A DNA stretch of 64,000 nucleotides from Eledone cirrhosa (lineage: Eukaryota): the NCBI GenBank assembly GCA_964016885.1, contig OZ024764.1, forward strand, positions 5,270,001 to 5,334,000. Reading direction: 5' to 3'. The position numbers and the translations under genes are program-made. Positions 24,368 through 38,920 of this stretch are shown here, in pieces; positions within the stretch are counted from its first letter, which is position 1; the number at the start of each line of letters is the position of its first letter. Below the pieces are notes generated by a model, which did not search any database, was not told where the DNA came from, and saw only the letters and a list, made by a program, of their open reading frames with translations.

Positions 24368-25342
24368 GTAAGTGTTACCTTAACATACTGTCTAACCATT
24401 GTTTAATCTGCTCCTTCCTCTACCTCTCCCTTTATACACACACACACACACACATATATACCCCTATATATATATGTATACACACACACAAATATATACA
24501 CATATATACATATATATATACACACATATATATATAATCACATATATATATACATATATACAAGCCAGACACGGCCTGCTGACCAATCTCGCCTTAAGTG
24601 GGACAAAACCGTCCAACCCATGCTAGCATGGAAGATGGACTTTAAATGATGATGCTATATACACACTGACACATATATATACACATATATATACGCATAT
24701 ATTTATATATATATATGAGTTCAAGTCCGCCGAGGTTAACTTTGCCTTTCATCTTTACGAGGTCGATAAAATAAAGTACCAGTGGTGCACTGGGGTAATC
24801 GCTGGCCTTGTGCCAAAAGTAGAAACTATATATATATATATATATAACCAAAGATTAATATGGTTCGTTGATTACTCAACGAATACAGTTTTACAATAGA
24901 TTAGAAGCACTCAACAGTGAAAGTTTTCGTGAACTTTTTAATATTAACAAATGAAAAATATTCTCATAATCAAAATATATACTTTATTATATACATTTCA
25001 AAGGTATATGACATACCTCTACAGTCTTGATTCTTCAATTCCAGTATTGCAGTCACTGCCAATACTGGAATTGAAGAATCAAGACGGTAGCGCTATGTCA
25101 TAATCATATATTTTGTCTGATGAGGACGTACTGAAAAAACAACAATATATATAATAAAGTATATATTTTGATTATGCGAATATTTTTCATTTGTTAACAT
25201 TTTGAATAATATATATAAATATATATATATATAAACATATATATATATAAACATATATATATATATATATATGTATAGGTAAAATGAATAATGAAAGAGT
25301 TGCAAGCCGTTAAAACATATCTTTATAAAGCTCTTACATATG

Positions 25343-25380
<38 letters not shown>

Positions 25381-25612
25381 TCATTATCATTTTATGTCCG
25401 CTTCTCCCTGCTTGCAAGGGTTGGGCTCTCACCACCACTGGCCATGTTTTTCGTGGTCTTCCTTTTACTGGGATTTTTTAGCACCTCTTTACCCAGCGGT
25501 CATCCTCGATGCGCATCACTTGTCCATACCATCTGTGTTCTCTCCTGCACACCACAACTCATCCCCAGTTTCTCTCTCAACTCATCTATGCTCTTGTCGT
25601 TCACGCACATTG

Positions 25613-25644
<32 letters not shown>

Positions 25645-27062
25645 TAATTCTATCGACTGATTAATAGCTCTTGTTAATTTTAAAACCATTCTGTTGAGAG
25701 CTTAATTCGTTTTGTGATATTTTGCAATTTTGCAATAACACACATACTGAATTCATCCGCCAAAACTAAGGGCTGCCCCCCCCCCCCTGTGAAGCCCCAC
25801 GTGGGTTTTGATAACGGTCAGTCCTTGGCTTGGCACTGAACTAAAAGCCTGTTGAGAAAGTGACTTCCTTGTTCGATCATCATACCAAAAGCTTAACATT
25901 ATTTGTCTAAGTAGACAGTACTTGATTTAGGAGTTGCAGAAACCCAATACTGGATATTACCAACCTTCCAGGGGTCCGGGTATAATTTTCCATCATATTT
26001 TATTTGTTTTACTCGAATTACTTGGTCGTGTCTATGGCTGTGCGGATAATTGTTTAACCATCGTCTCAGTGTGTTTGGCCTTTTAACTTATGTTGTTGCT
26101 CTAGTTCACTAGCTTCTATGGAGCGCCTGCCACACATCTCGGAAGTTGTTTTTCGTTAATTTCCAATAGCAGAAATGCAATTCTCGCTAATTTATATATA
26201 TATATATATATATATATACACGTATAAGGGATAACAAAATATCGTTATAGGTAATCCAGGTAGAAGTTGTGAATACTCTGTATTGTGGTTAGTCTTAGTC
26301 TACGGCGTTGTTTGACTCAACAAGAGGTTTCCGTAGGTGGCAAGTATTTGAGTTCTCTTGAATTTCTATGTAAGTTTATCTTGGAGTAATAATATTGAAA
26401 GCGTGAAGAATAACATGGTCAACAGTACAAAAGAAGGTTTTTATTTACAGTATTAACAATTGTTTCACTGATTAAGTTGTCTAAAAATCGCTGAAAACTT
26501 AAAGCTGTGCCACTCAATCTACTATATATATTGGAAGTGGTCGGACGTTGTATATTTAAGTAAATAAGTAGGTGTAGTCGGATAAACGTCGAAACGGCTT
26601 GGTAGAATGCAGCGAAAATTTACACAGTTATGCAGAATTGTAGCAGTTAATGATGATATATATGTAAAAGAAATAGGATTTCGCTTCAAGCATATCTTTA
26701 TACAATATGTATAAATATTTTGTATCTCCAAAGAAATACGGTTTTAGGAAGCCTTAGCTCTGCAAACCCTGGGGGGCTAACGTCCTCTGGTGATGTCCAG
26801 CAGAAGCAAGGGGGACAACCGTCTATGCATTTCAGGCTTAACTGACCATCGTCTGGACAGTCCCTCCCACTGCTTGCGACTGCTGGCCAGTTAAGCATGA
26901 AATGCATAGACGGTTGTCCCCCTTGCTTCTGCTGGACATCACCAGAGGCCTTGAAACCCTAAGTCCCTTTTGCTCTGTGTATGAACAGAAATAAATAATG
27001 TAATATATATATATGTATGTGTGTATCTATTTATATATTTAACTATATTTTTCTCATTACAG

Positions 27063-27095
27063 CACCAAACCCTTTACCAAGTACGAGAATATTAT
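27063..27095 (+). CDS. Candidate micro-exon, 33 nt, phase 2-2: TKPFTKYENI
   Basis: ttttctcattacAG|cacc...attat|GTAAGT. Confidence 0.75.
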
Positions 27096-28875
27096 GTAAG
27101 TGTTACCTTAACAAACTGTCTAACCATTGTTTAATCTGCTCCTTCCTCTACCTCTCCCTTTATACACACACACACATATATACCCCTATATATATATGTA
27201 TACACACACACACACAAATATATACACATATATACATATATATATACACACATATATATACATATATACAAGCGAGACACGGCCTGCTGACCAATCTCGT
27301 CTTAAGTGGGACAAAACCGTCCAACCCATGCTAGCATGGAAGATGGACTTTAAATGATGATGATATATATACACTGACACATATATATACATATATACAA
27401 ATATATATACGCATATATCTATATATATATATATGAGTTCAAGTCCGCCGAGGTTAACTTTGCCTTTCATCTTTACGAGGTCGATAAAATAAAGTACCAG
27501 TGGTGCACTGGGGTAATCGCTGGCCTTGTGCCAAAAGTAGAAACTATATTTATATATATAAAACCAAAGATTAATATGGTTCGTTGATTACTCAACGAAT
27601 ACAGTTTTACAATAGATTAGAAGCACTCAACAGTGAAATTTTCCTGGAGTTTTTAATATTATTCAAAATATTAACAAATGAAAAATATTCTCATAATCAA
27701 AATATATACTTTATTATATACATTTCAAAGGTATATGACATACCTCTACGGTCTTGATTATTCAATTCCACTATTGGCAGTGACTATATATTTATAGGCA
27801 AAATGAATAATGAAAGAGTTGCAAGCCGTTAAAACATATCTTTATAAAGCTCTTACATATGTTATATATATATATATCATCATCATCAGCAGCGAGACCT
27901 GGGCACTGTGTGTAGAAGATCTGTAAAGATTGGAAAGAAATGAGCCTCCATGCTTCAATGGATGTGCCATAGTAATATATGCAAATGGCAAAACATAAAT
28001 GTACTGTGAGAGGATTTAGGCATAAGAGGGATTAGATGCAGTGTGCAGGAGTGGGATTGTTTTGGTATAGACATGTGATGTGTATGAAGGGTGACAGCTG
28101 TATAAAAAGGTGCCAAACGCACAAAGTTGACAGAGGCCGTGGAGTGGGCAGGTCTAGGAAGACTTGGGATGAGGTAAGGAAAGCTGACTTTGTACAATTA
28201 CACCTAGCTAAGGCAATGACACAGGATGGTGACCTCTGGCGCTATGCACAATTATAGAGGACTACATCCACAATCCACCAGACATTTTCCCTACCAACAC
28301 CCCACACAAGTTCCCAAACCTCACCATAAAGTGGTCCCGCTGCAGCCATGACAAACGTGTCCAGTCCACACTGTACAGTGGTCTTGTAGGTGTCTTGCCA
28401 AAAATCAATATTGGGCCTTAAAACCTTGAGTCCCTTTTGTTCTGTGTATGAACATAAATAATTGTTTCTACTTTTGGCACAAGGCCAGCAATTATCCAGT
28501 GCATTACTGGTACTTTATTTTATCGACCCCGTAAGGATGAAAGGCAAAGTTAACCTCGGCGGGATTTGAACTCAGATCATACAGGGAGGTAACTATGCTT
28601 CAAAGCATGGCGTCCGACTCTCTACCGATACTGCCAATCCACCGCCTGAACATAAATAAATAATTGGTTCTACTTTAGGCACAAGGCCAGCAATTACCTA
28701 GTACATTACTGGTACTTTATTTTATCGACTCCGTAAGGATGAAAGGCAAAGTCAACCTCGGAGGGATTTGAACTCAGATCGGAAAGGGACGTAACTAAAT
28801 AAATAATGTAGTATATATATATGTATTTGTGTGTGTATCTATTTATATATTTAAGTATATTTTTTGTAATCACAG

Positions 28876-28917
28876 GACTGATACAGAGGAGGGTACCGCT
28901 CCAGAAAATAATGACGA
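28876..28917 (+). CDS. Candidate micro-exon, 42 nt, phase 2-2: TDTEEGTAPENND
   Basis: Identical to 15198-15239 with the same splice signals. Confidence 0.72.
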
Positions 28918-29896
28918 GTAAGTTTTACATACTATCTAACCATTATTCTATCTGTTCCTTCCCGTCTCTCTCTCTCTTTATATATATATATATATATATA
29001 GTAAGGTGTATTACTGGTTGTGTAAAACGGTCCAATAAATTTTTGTTAGCAATATTAAGTCTCCACGCTTTTGTATATCTCCAATTCCATTTAAGGGAAC
29101 AGCTAGATGATGTAAAACGGAGTATTTCTATCAAAATGAAAATCCGAAGGCAAGGTAAAATTTCCAATCATTTTAATCACATCGTGATTAAAATGATTGG
29201 AAATCTTACCTTCCTTTGGATTTTCATTTTGATATATATATATATATATATGACTCTGTCTCTTATAAACCACGTTGGCTATTATGACACTCTCTCCAAC
29301 ATAGAGAGCTATGTTGGCTAATATGACTATCTCTCTCTATGTTGGCTATTATGACTCTCTCTCTCTCTCTCTCTCTCCCTCCCTCCCTCTCTATGTTGGC
29401 TAATATGACTCTCTCTCTCCCTCTCTATGTTGGCTATTATGACTCTCTCTCTCTATGTTGGCTATAATGACTCTCTCTCTCTCTCTATGTTGGCTATAAT
29501 GACTCTCTCTCTCTCTATGTTGGCTATTATGTCTCTCTCTGTTCAAGGTTTATGAAGTTAGATGAACATCTTCAAAGTCCTCCCATATTCGCCTTGTCTA
29601 ATATGCGTTCTTGTACCTGATTATTTCCCCCAGATCTCCTGGGATGTTATAAACCATGATGGCTACCTATCTCACAATTTCTCTCCTGCCCACCCCCTCA
29701 CACCACCATAGTCTATTCGACCAATCAAACCTCAGCAACATGTCCCCACCCATTACCAACCCCAACAAACTCTGCCATTACTACTACTTCTACTTTTCTT
29801 CTAGCCCTTACCAGCCCCAACAAACCCTGACATTATTACTACTATTGTCCTTCTAGCCATGGGCTGAGGATAAATGGGGCTACCCCAAATTAATAA

Positions 29897-30912
29897 ATGA
29901 ATATGAAACCGCGAGTTACCAAGCACCCATGCAAAGCTTTAATTCAGAGACAGGAAGCATACACACCCCACTGCAAAAATTCACCCTTTCCCACGAGTGG
30001 TGGCAAATGCCCCAAACTCCGAGTTGGAACCATCAATGTAAGCACAATGAAAGGAAGAGCAGGAGAAATTGTAGAGATGCTAGAGCGAAAGAAAATTGAT
30101 GTATGCTGTGTGCAAGAGACTAGATGGAGAGCAGAGTCCGCTGGAGTCCTTGCAGGCAGAAGTCAGTGCTACCAATTTGTCTGGGTAGCAAATGACAACA
30201 GGATGGGAGGTGTAGCTATCCTATTAGCTGACAAATGGGTAGATAAGGTAATCTCAGTGAACAGGGTGAATGCAAGAATAATGAAACTTGGACTAGTCCT
30301 GAATAAAACAATTGCCACAATAATATCAGCTTACGCACCCCAATTGGGGTTGCCAGCTGACTATAGCGGGGAATTTAGTTTAGAGGTCGGTGTCCACCAG
30401 GGCTCTGTTCTTAGCCCACTCCTGTTCGTTAAAGTATTGCAAGCAATAATGGAGGTGATTATGACCGGATGCCCATGGGAACTCCTATATGCGGATCATC
30501 TCACACTTATAGCCGAATCTATGGTGGAACTATACTTGCTCAGTATGTAGGAAAGGAGTAGGCTGGCTGCAAAAGGTTTTCCCCTCAAAATGAAAAGCAG
30601 ACTGTATGATGTGGGTATACGAATAGCAATGTTACATAGTAGTGAAACCTGGGCGCCGTCTGTGGAAGACTTGCATAGATTAGAAAGAAACGAAGCCTGC
30701 ATGCTCCGATGGATGTGTAATAGTAATATACGCAAACGGCAAAGCATAAATGAATTGAGAGAGTGACTGAGCATAAGAGGAATGAAATGCTGTGTGCAGG
30801 AGAGGATGTTGCATTGGACATGTGATGCGTATGAAGGATGACAGCTGTATAAAAAGGTGTAGAGCAGTGGGGAGACCCAAGAAGAGCTGGGATGAGGTGA
30901 TAAAAGCCGGAC
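29897..30912 (+). mobile_element. Deleted RTE LINE copy (unit 3)
   Basis: Near-identical to 24-1050, with an extra 24-bp deletion near 30868. Confidence 0.9.
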
Positions 30913-31338
30913 TCACTGTAAATGAGGTTGGTGTTAGGAAGGGCATCCAGCTGTAGGAATCAAGCCAGAATCAGTTCCTGTATGAGCAAGACAAGGTCAG
31001 CTGAACAGACACTGCCCACAACAGGACAACCCGTCTAACCCATGCTAGCGTGGAAGAATGGACGTAAAACAGTGATGAAGATGATATATCATATATGCTA
31101 GTGTACTATTTGACATTTGGAGCCTAAAAATATCTCTCCAAAACCAGGGGTTGACTTGTCTGCTGAATATAGTATGTTACCTTTACCACTGAGGGGTAAA
31201 CAGTGAAACTGCCTGCCTAACACTTGTTGTACACCACTTACCATAACTCTAGCAACCCACCACATTTATTTCTACTGAATCTCATATTTGTTAAGTTTAA
31301 CGTAGAGATTATAGTAATATCAATGTCTTGCTGTAGCT

Positions 31339-32627
31339 TATAGGGTAGGTTACCATACGGTAGGGTACTGTAGGGCAGGTTACCATAGGGCAGGTTACTG
31401 TAGGGTAGGATACTGTCTGGTAGGTTACCATAGGGTAGGTTACTGTAGGGTAGGTTACCTTGGGTAGGTTACTGTAGTGTAGGTTACTGTAGGGTAGGTT
31501 ACTGTATGGTAGATTACTCTAGGCTAGGTTACCATAGGGTAGGTTACTGTAGTGTAGGTTACCATAGGGTAGGTTACCACAGAGTAGGTTACCTTATGGT
31601 AGGTTACCTTATGGTAGGTTACCATAGGGTAGGTTACCTTATGGTAAGTTACTATAGGGTAGGTTACCATAGTGTAGGTTACCTTATGGTAAGTTACTAT
31701 AGGGTAGGTTACCATAGGGTAGGTTACCTTAGTGTAGGTGAGAATAGGGTAGGTTACCATAGGTTAGGTTACTGTAGGGTAGGTTACCATAAGGTAGGTT
31801 ACTGTAGGGTAGGTTACCATAGGGTAGGTTACTGTAGGGTAGGTTACCATAGGGTAGGTTACCATAGGGTAGTTTACCGTAGGTTAGGTTACTGTAGGGT
31901 AGTTTACCGTAGGTTAGGTTACTGTAGGGTAGGTTAACATAGGGTATGTTAGCATAGGGTTGGTTACCATAGGTTAAGTTCATATAGGTTGTTACCATAT
32001 GGTAGGTTACTGTAGGGTAGGTTGCTATAGGGTAGGTTATCGTAGAGTAGGTTACTATAAGGTAGGTTACCATAAGGTAGGTTACCGTAGGGTAGGTTAC
32101 TATAGGGTAGGGTATCATAGGATAGGTTACCATAAGGCAGGTTACCATAGAGTAGGTTACCTTAGGGTAGTTTACTATAAGATAGGTTACCATAGTGTAG
32201 CTTACCATAGGGTAGGTTGTTACCATAGGCAAGGTTACTATAGGGTGGGTTACCATAGGGTAGTTTATGATATGGTTGGTTACCATAGTGTAGGTTACTA
32301 TAACATAGGTTACCATAGTGTAGGATACCTTAGATTAGGTTACTGTAGGTTAGGTTACCATATGGTAGGTTACCATAGGTTAGGTTAGCAATGGGTAGGT
32401 TACTATAGGTTGTTACTGTATGGTGGGTTACCATAGGGTAGGGTACCATAAAGTAGGTTATTATAGTGTAGGTTACCTTAGGATAGGTAACCATAGGGTA
32501 GGTTACTATGGGGTAAGTTACCATAGGGTAGGTTCCCATAGGGTAGGTTAACATAAGCTAGGTTACCTCAGGGTAGGTTACCATACCATAAAGTAGGTTA
32601 CCATAGGTTTGTTAAGGTTAGGCTAGG
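31339..32627. repeat. 15-bp minisatellite (second block at ~34093-34624)
   Basis: Direct reading. Confidence 0.97.
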
Positions 32628-35600
32628 CTGGTCTACTCGGTGAGTTAAAACTCACTTGTGACTGTAGTGTTTTAGAAGTGTCTCAATCTTTCATGCACCA
32701 CTAAATTTTTTAACTATTTCCCCTGAAACTGCCTTATTTTTGGGGGTCATCTTATCAATCGAATAGCGTCCTAAATCTAAATTATACTTCAGAATTTTAG
32801 GGGCCGACTTATGTACCGGATAGACTTGTACACCGGCATATATGGTATATATATATATATGCATGGAGGCACATGGCTTAGTGGTTAGAGCATTGGTCAT
32901 GCAATCGAAAGGTTGTGAGTTCAATTCTCAGACCGGGTGATGTGTTGGTTCCTTGAGCAAGACACTTTATTTCACATTGCTCCAGTTTACTCAGCTGTAG
33001 AAATGAGATGATAGGGACTGGGGTCCCTATCATTCCACTGCAAAGTGGTCGTGGAGGTGCCACGGCAAAAAAAGCACCCAGCACTCACTGTAAATGAGGT
33101 TGGTGACAGGAAGGGCATACAGCTGTAGAAATCAAGCCAGAATCAGTTCCCGTCCCGCCCTTGCAAGCAGGGAAAAGTGGACGTAAAATGAAATGATGAA
33201 AGAGAGATAGAGAGAAAGAGAGGGAGTGAGAGAGATACATTAAAACAATAACAGAAGGTCTGACTGGAGAATTTACTTTAGAATTCCTTCACGGAAATGT
33301 CTTATTTATCTGTAACACAAACTTCAAAAAACAAGACAACCACTTAATAACCGATAGATCAAGTGAGCCCTCCAGCTAGATAGATTTCATTGTTACCAGA
33401 AGACAGAGTGACTGTTATAAACACAAAGTCCTTCCCTAGTGAAGAATGCACCTCCCAACATACCTTAGAATACAACCTGGAAGAAAAGAGTATAGATCAA
33501 AATCAAAAGGTCTTAAAGTCAATTTGGTAAAGACTAAAGTTCTAGTAAGTAGAAAGGAAAACTGGGCCCAGATCTCTTCAGGTAAACTGTCCTGCTCAGT
33601 GGGCAGAAAAGGAGTAGGTAGAAATTCCATCCTATGTCCCATATAGAAATGATGGGTACACAAAAGATGTTGTGGGATCTCAGGAAGGCTAACAAAGAAC
33701 GTAGCTTCTATATGTGGCCAGTGAACAGGGGCAGGAAATATCAAGAGCTCTCGAGTTACAATCTCCTTCAAATGCCCAGAAGTCTCTGCAGAGGTGGTAG
33801 ATAGTTTCTGTTACTTAGGTGACTAAATCAGCAGTGGAGGAGGGTGGTCCAAAAACTCAGTAACAAGAGTGAGATTAGATTGGAGAAAGTGCAGGGATCT
33901 ACTACTACTGCTAACTACAAAACATTTTTCCATCAAAATGAAGGGCAGACTGTATGATGCAGGTATACAAACAACAATGTTGCACAGCAGCGAGACCTGG
34001 GCACTGTGTGTAGAAGATCTGTAAAGATTGGAAAGAAATGAAGCCTCCATGCTTCAATGGATGTGCCATAGTAATATATGCAAATGGCAAAACATAGGTT
34101 ACCATTGGGTAGGTTACTGTAGGGTAGGATACCATAGGGTGGGTTACCATAGCGTAGGTTACTGAATGGTAGGTTACATTTCGTTAGGTTACTGTAGGGT
34201 CGGTTACCATAGGGTAGGTTACCATAGGGTGGGTTACCATAGGGTAGGTTACTGTAGGGTAGGTTACCATAGGGTAGTTATGTAGGGTAGGTTACCATAG
34301 TGTAGGTTACTGTAGGGTAGGTTACCATAGAGTAGGATACTGTAGGGTAGGTTACCATAGGGTAGTTATGTAGGGTAGGTTACCATAGTGTAGGTTACTG
34401 TAGGGTAGGTTACCATAGAGTAGGATACTGTAGGGTAGGTTACCATAGGTTAGGTCACTGTAGGGTAGGTTACCATAGGGTAGGTTATTATAGGGTAGGT
34501 TACCATAGGTTAGGTTACTATAGGGTTGGTTGCCATAGGGTATGTTACCATAGGGTAGGTTACTATAAGGTAGGTTACCATACCATAGGTTAGGTTACCA
34601 TATGTTTGTTAAGGTTAGGCTAGGCTGGTTTACTCGGTGAGTTAAAACTCACTTGCGACTGTAGTGTTTTAGAAGAAGTGTCTTAATCTTTAGTGCGCCA
34701 CTAAATTTTTTAACTATTTCCCCTGAAACTGCCTTATTTTTTGGGTGTCGTCTTATGAATCGAATAGTGTCGTATAGGACTATCTGGCATGTTTTCTATG
34801 GCTGGATGGCCTTCCTAACACCAACCACGTTTACAGTGTGGGGACTGGGAGGTTTTTACCATGTTAACTACACGGCCAATTTACAGCGTGGACTGTGTGT
34901 TTTATTGTCATGACACCTACACAACCTCATTTATTTAGGACCTGATGTTGTGTGACCAACATAATTTTACAGAGATGGGGGTGGGAGTAGTGGGGTGGGG
35001 GCGTATATTTGGTTAAGAGGTGCCTACTGACTGTAGGTTTCGCTTTGTACTTAGGCAAGGGTGGTCTTCTGTATTACTGCGTAGCGCCAAAGATCTCGGT
35101 CCAGTGACATTGTCTTGGAGAGGTGTAAGTGTGTGAGATCGGAATTTATCAATTCGTCCCAGGGTTTTCTGGGTCTGCCTACTCCGTGGCTACCATCTAT
35201 TTTGATCGCCCTGCACTTTTTTATACAGCTGTCGTCTTTCATGCGCATCACGTGACCATACCAACGTAGTCTTCTCTCGAGTAAACAACATCTGATCCCT
35301 CTTATTCCTAATTTCTCACTTAGTTCATTTATGCTTTGCCGTTCACGTATATTACTATTACACATCCAGCGGAGCATGCAAACTTCATTCCTCTCCAGTC
35401 TGCGTATATCCTCTGCACACAATGCCCAAGTCTCACTGCCATGTAACATTGTTGTTCGTATGCAGGCATCATACAGCCTGCCTTTCATTTTTAGAGAGAA
35501 CCCTTTAGCGGCCAATCGTACAATGAAAAGAGCGTCTGTGATACTTTAACCTGACACAAACCCAAACTGCATTTCATCTAGATCAATTCTCTCTCTGATT

Positions 35601-36122
35601 AGTTGCGCTATTACTTTTTCTGTGACCCTCATGAACTGGTCAATTAATTTAATGCCTCTATAGTTTCCCCTATCTAGGGCATCTCCTTTACCCTTGTAGC
35701 AGTTAATGATGATGATATATATATAAAAGAAATAGGATTTCGCTTCAAGCATATCTTTATACAATATGTATAAATATTTTGTATCTCCAAAGAAATACGG
35801 TTTTAGGAAGCCTTAGCTCTGCAAACCCTGGGGGCTAACGTCCTCTGGTGATGTCCAGCAGAAGCAAAGGGGACAACCGTCTATCCATTTCAGGCTTAAC
35901 TGGCCATCGTCAGGACAGTCCCTCCCACTGCTTGCGACTGCTGGCCAGTTAAGCATGAAATGCATAGACGGTTGTCCCCCTTGCTTCTGCTGGACATTAC
36001 CAGAGGCCTTGAAACCCTAAGTCCCTTTTGTTCTGTGTATGAACAGAAATAAATAATGTAATATATATATATGTATGTGTGTGTATCTATTTATATATTT
36101 AACTATATGTTTCTCATTACAG

Positions 36123-36200
36123 GAACACCACTAATTTCTCCGAAAAATTTATTACTTCTCTCCTATGCAACCTTCCCTCCAATGATTACAGTAAATTTAT
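36123..36200 (+). CDS. Candidate compound exon, 78 nt, phase 2-2: NTTNFSEKFITSLLCNLPSNDYSKF
   Basis: ttctcattacAG|gaac...tttat|GTAAGT. The first 30 nt match the 51598 exon (1 difference) and the last 33 nt resemble the 9813 exon. Confidence 0.72.
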
Positions 36201-37056
36201 GTAAGTGTTACCTTAACATACTGTCTAACCATTGTTTAATCTGCTCCTCCCTCTACCTCTCCCTTTATACACACACACACATATATACCCCTATATATAT
36301 ATGTATACACACACACACACAAATATATACACATATATACATATATATATACACACATATATATATAATCACATATATATATACATATATACAAGCGAGA
36401 CACGGCCTGCTGACCAATCTCGCCTTAAGTGGGACAAAACCGTCCAACCCATGCTAGCATGGAAGATGGACTTTAAATGATGATGATATATACACACTGA
36501 CACATATATATATACATATATATATACACATATATATACGCATATATTTATATATATATATGAGTTCAAGTCCGCCGAGGTTAACTTTGCCTTTCATCTT
36601 TACGAGTCGATAAAATAAAGTACCAGTGGTGTACTGGGGTAATCGCTGGCCTTGTGCCAAAAGTAGAAACTATATTTATATATATATATATATAACCAAA
36701 GATTAATATGGTTTGTTGATTACTTAATGAATACAGTTTTGCAATAGATTAGAAGCACTCAACAGTGAAAGTTTTCCTGGACTTTTTAATATTAACAAAT
36801 GAAAAATATTCTCATAATCAAAATATATACTTTATTATATACATTTCAAAGGTATATGACATACCTCTACGGTCTTGATTCTTCAATTCCAGTATTGCAG
36901 TCACTGCCAATACTGGAATTGAAGAATCAAGACCGTAGCGCTATGTCATAATCATATATTTTGTCTGATGAGGACGTACTGAAAAAACAACAATATATAT
37001 AATATAGTATATATTTTGATTATGCGAATATTTTTCATTTGTTAACATTTTGAATA

Positions 37057-37088
<32 letters not shown>

Positions 37089-37158
37089 GTATAGGTAAAA
37101 TGAATAATGAAAGAGTTGCAAGCCTTTAAAACATATCTTTATAAAGCTCTTACATATG

Positions 37159-37206
<48 letters not shown>

Positions 37207-37438
37207 TCATTATCATTTTATGTCCGCTTTTCCCAGCTTGCAAGGGTTGGGCTCTCACCACCACTGGCCATGTTTTTCGTGGTCTTCCTTTTACTGGGAT
37301 TTTTTAGCACCTCTTTACCCAGCGGTCATCCTCGATGCGCATCACTTGTCCATACCATCTGTGTTCTCTCCTGCACACCACAACTCATCCCCAGTTTCTC
37401 TCTCAACTCATCTATGGTCTTGTCGTTCACGCACATTG

Positions 37439-37470
<32 letters not shown>

Positions 37471-38890
37471 TAATTCTATTGACTGATTAATAGCTCTTGT
37501 TAATTTTAAAACCATTCTGTTGAGAGCTTAATTCGTTCTGTGATATTTTGCAATTTTGCAATAACACACATACTGAATTCATCCGCCAAAACTAAGGGCT
37601 GCCCCCCACCCCCCCTGTGAAGCCCCACGTGGGTTTTGATAACGGTCAGTCCTTGGCTTGGCACTGAACTAAAAGCCTGTTGAGAAAGTGACTTCCTTGT
37701 TCGATCATCATACCAAAAGCTTAACATTATTTGTCTAAGTAGACAGTACTTGATTTAGGAGTTGCAGAAACCCAATACTGGATATTACCAACCTTCCAGG
37801 GGTCCGGGTATAATTTTCCATCATATTTTATTTGTTTTACTCGAATTACTTGGTCGTGTCTATGGCTGTGCGGATAATTGTTTAACCATCGTCTCAGTGT
37901 GTTTGGCCTTTTAACTTATGTTGTTGCTCTAGTTCACTAGCTTCTATGGAGCGCCTGCCACACATCTCGGAAGTTGTTTTTCGTTAATTTCCAATAGCAG
38001 AAATGCAATTCTCGCTAATTTATATATATATATATATATATATACACGTATAAGGGATAACAAAATATCGTTATAGGTAATCCAGGTAGAAGTTGTGAAT
38101 ACTCTGTATTGTGGTTAGTCTTAGTCTACGGCGTTGTTTGACTCAACAAGAGGTTTCCGTAGGTGGCAAGTATTTGAGTTCTCTTGAATTTCTATGTAAG
38201 TTTATCTTGGAGTAATAATATTGAAAGCGTGAAGAATAACATGGTCAACAGTACAAAAATAGGTTTTTATTTACAGTATTAACAATTGTTTCACTGATTA
38301 AGTTGTCTAAAAATCGCTGAAAACTTAAAGCTGTGCCACTCAATCTACTATATATATTGGAAGTGGTCGGACATTGTATATTTAAGTAAATAAGTAGGTG
38401 TAGTCGGATAAACGTCGAAACGGCTTGGTAGAATGCAGCGAAAATTTACACAGTTATGCAGAATTGTAGCAGTTAATGATGATATATATGTAAAAGAAAT
38501 AGGATTTCGCTTCAAGCATATCTTTATACAATATGTATAAATATTTTGTATCTCCAAAGAAATACGGTTTTAGGAAGCCTTAGCTCTGCAAACCCTGGGG
38601 GGCTAACGTCCTCTGGTGATGTCCAGCAGAAGCAAGGGGGACAACCGTCTATGCATTTCAGGCTTAACTGACCATCGTCTGGACAGTCCCTCCCACTGCT
38701 TGCGACTGCTGGCCAGTTAAGCGTGAAATGCATAGACGGTTGTCCCCCTTGCTTCTGCTGGACATCACCAGAGGCCTTGAAACCCTAAGTCCCTTTTGCT
38801 CTGTGTATGAACAGAAATAAATAATGTAATATATATATATGTATGTGTGTGTATCTATTTATATATTTAACTATTTTTTTCTCATTACAG

Positions 38891-38920
38891 TCCAACAGCT
38901 ACTACTTCCCTGAAATTTAT
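38891..38920 (+). CDS. Candidate micro-exon, 30 nt, phase 2-2: PTATTSLKF
   Basis: tttttttctcattacAG|tcca...tttat|GTAAGT. Phase 1 has TGA. Confidence 0.75.
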
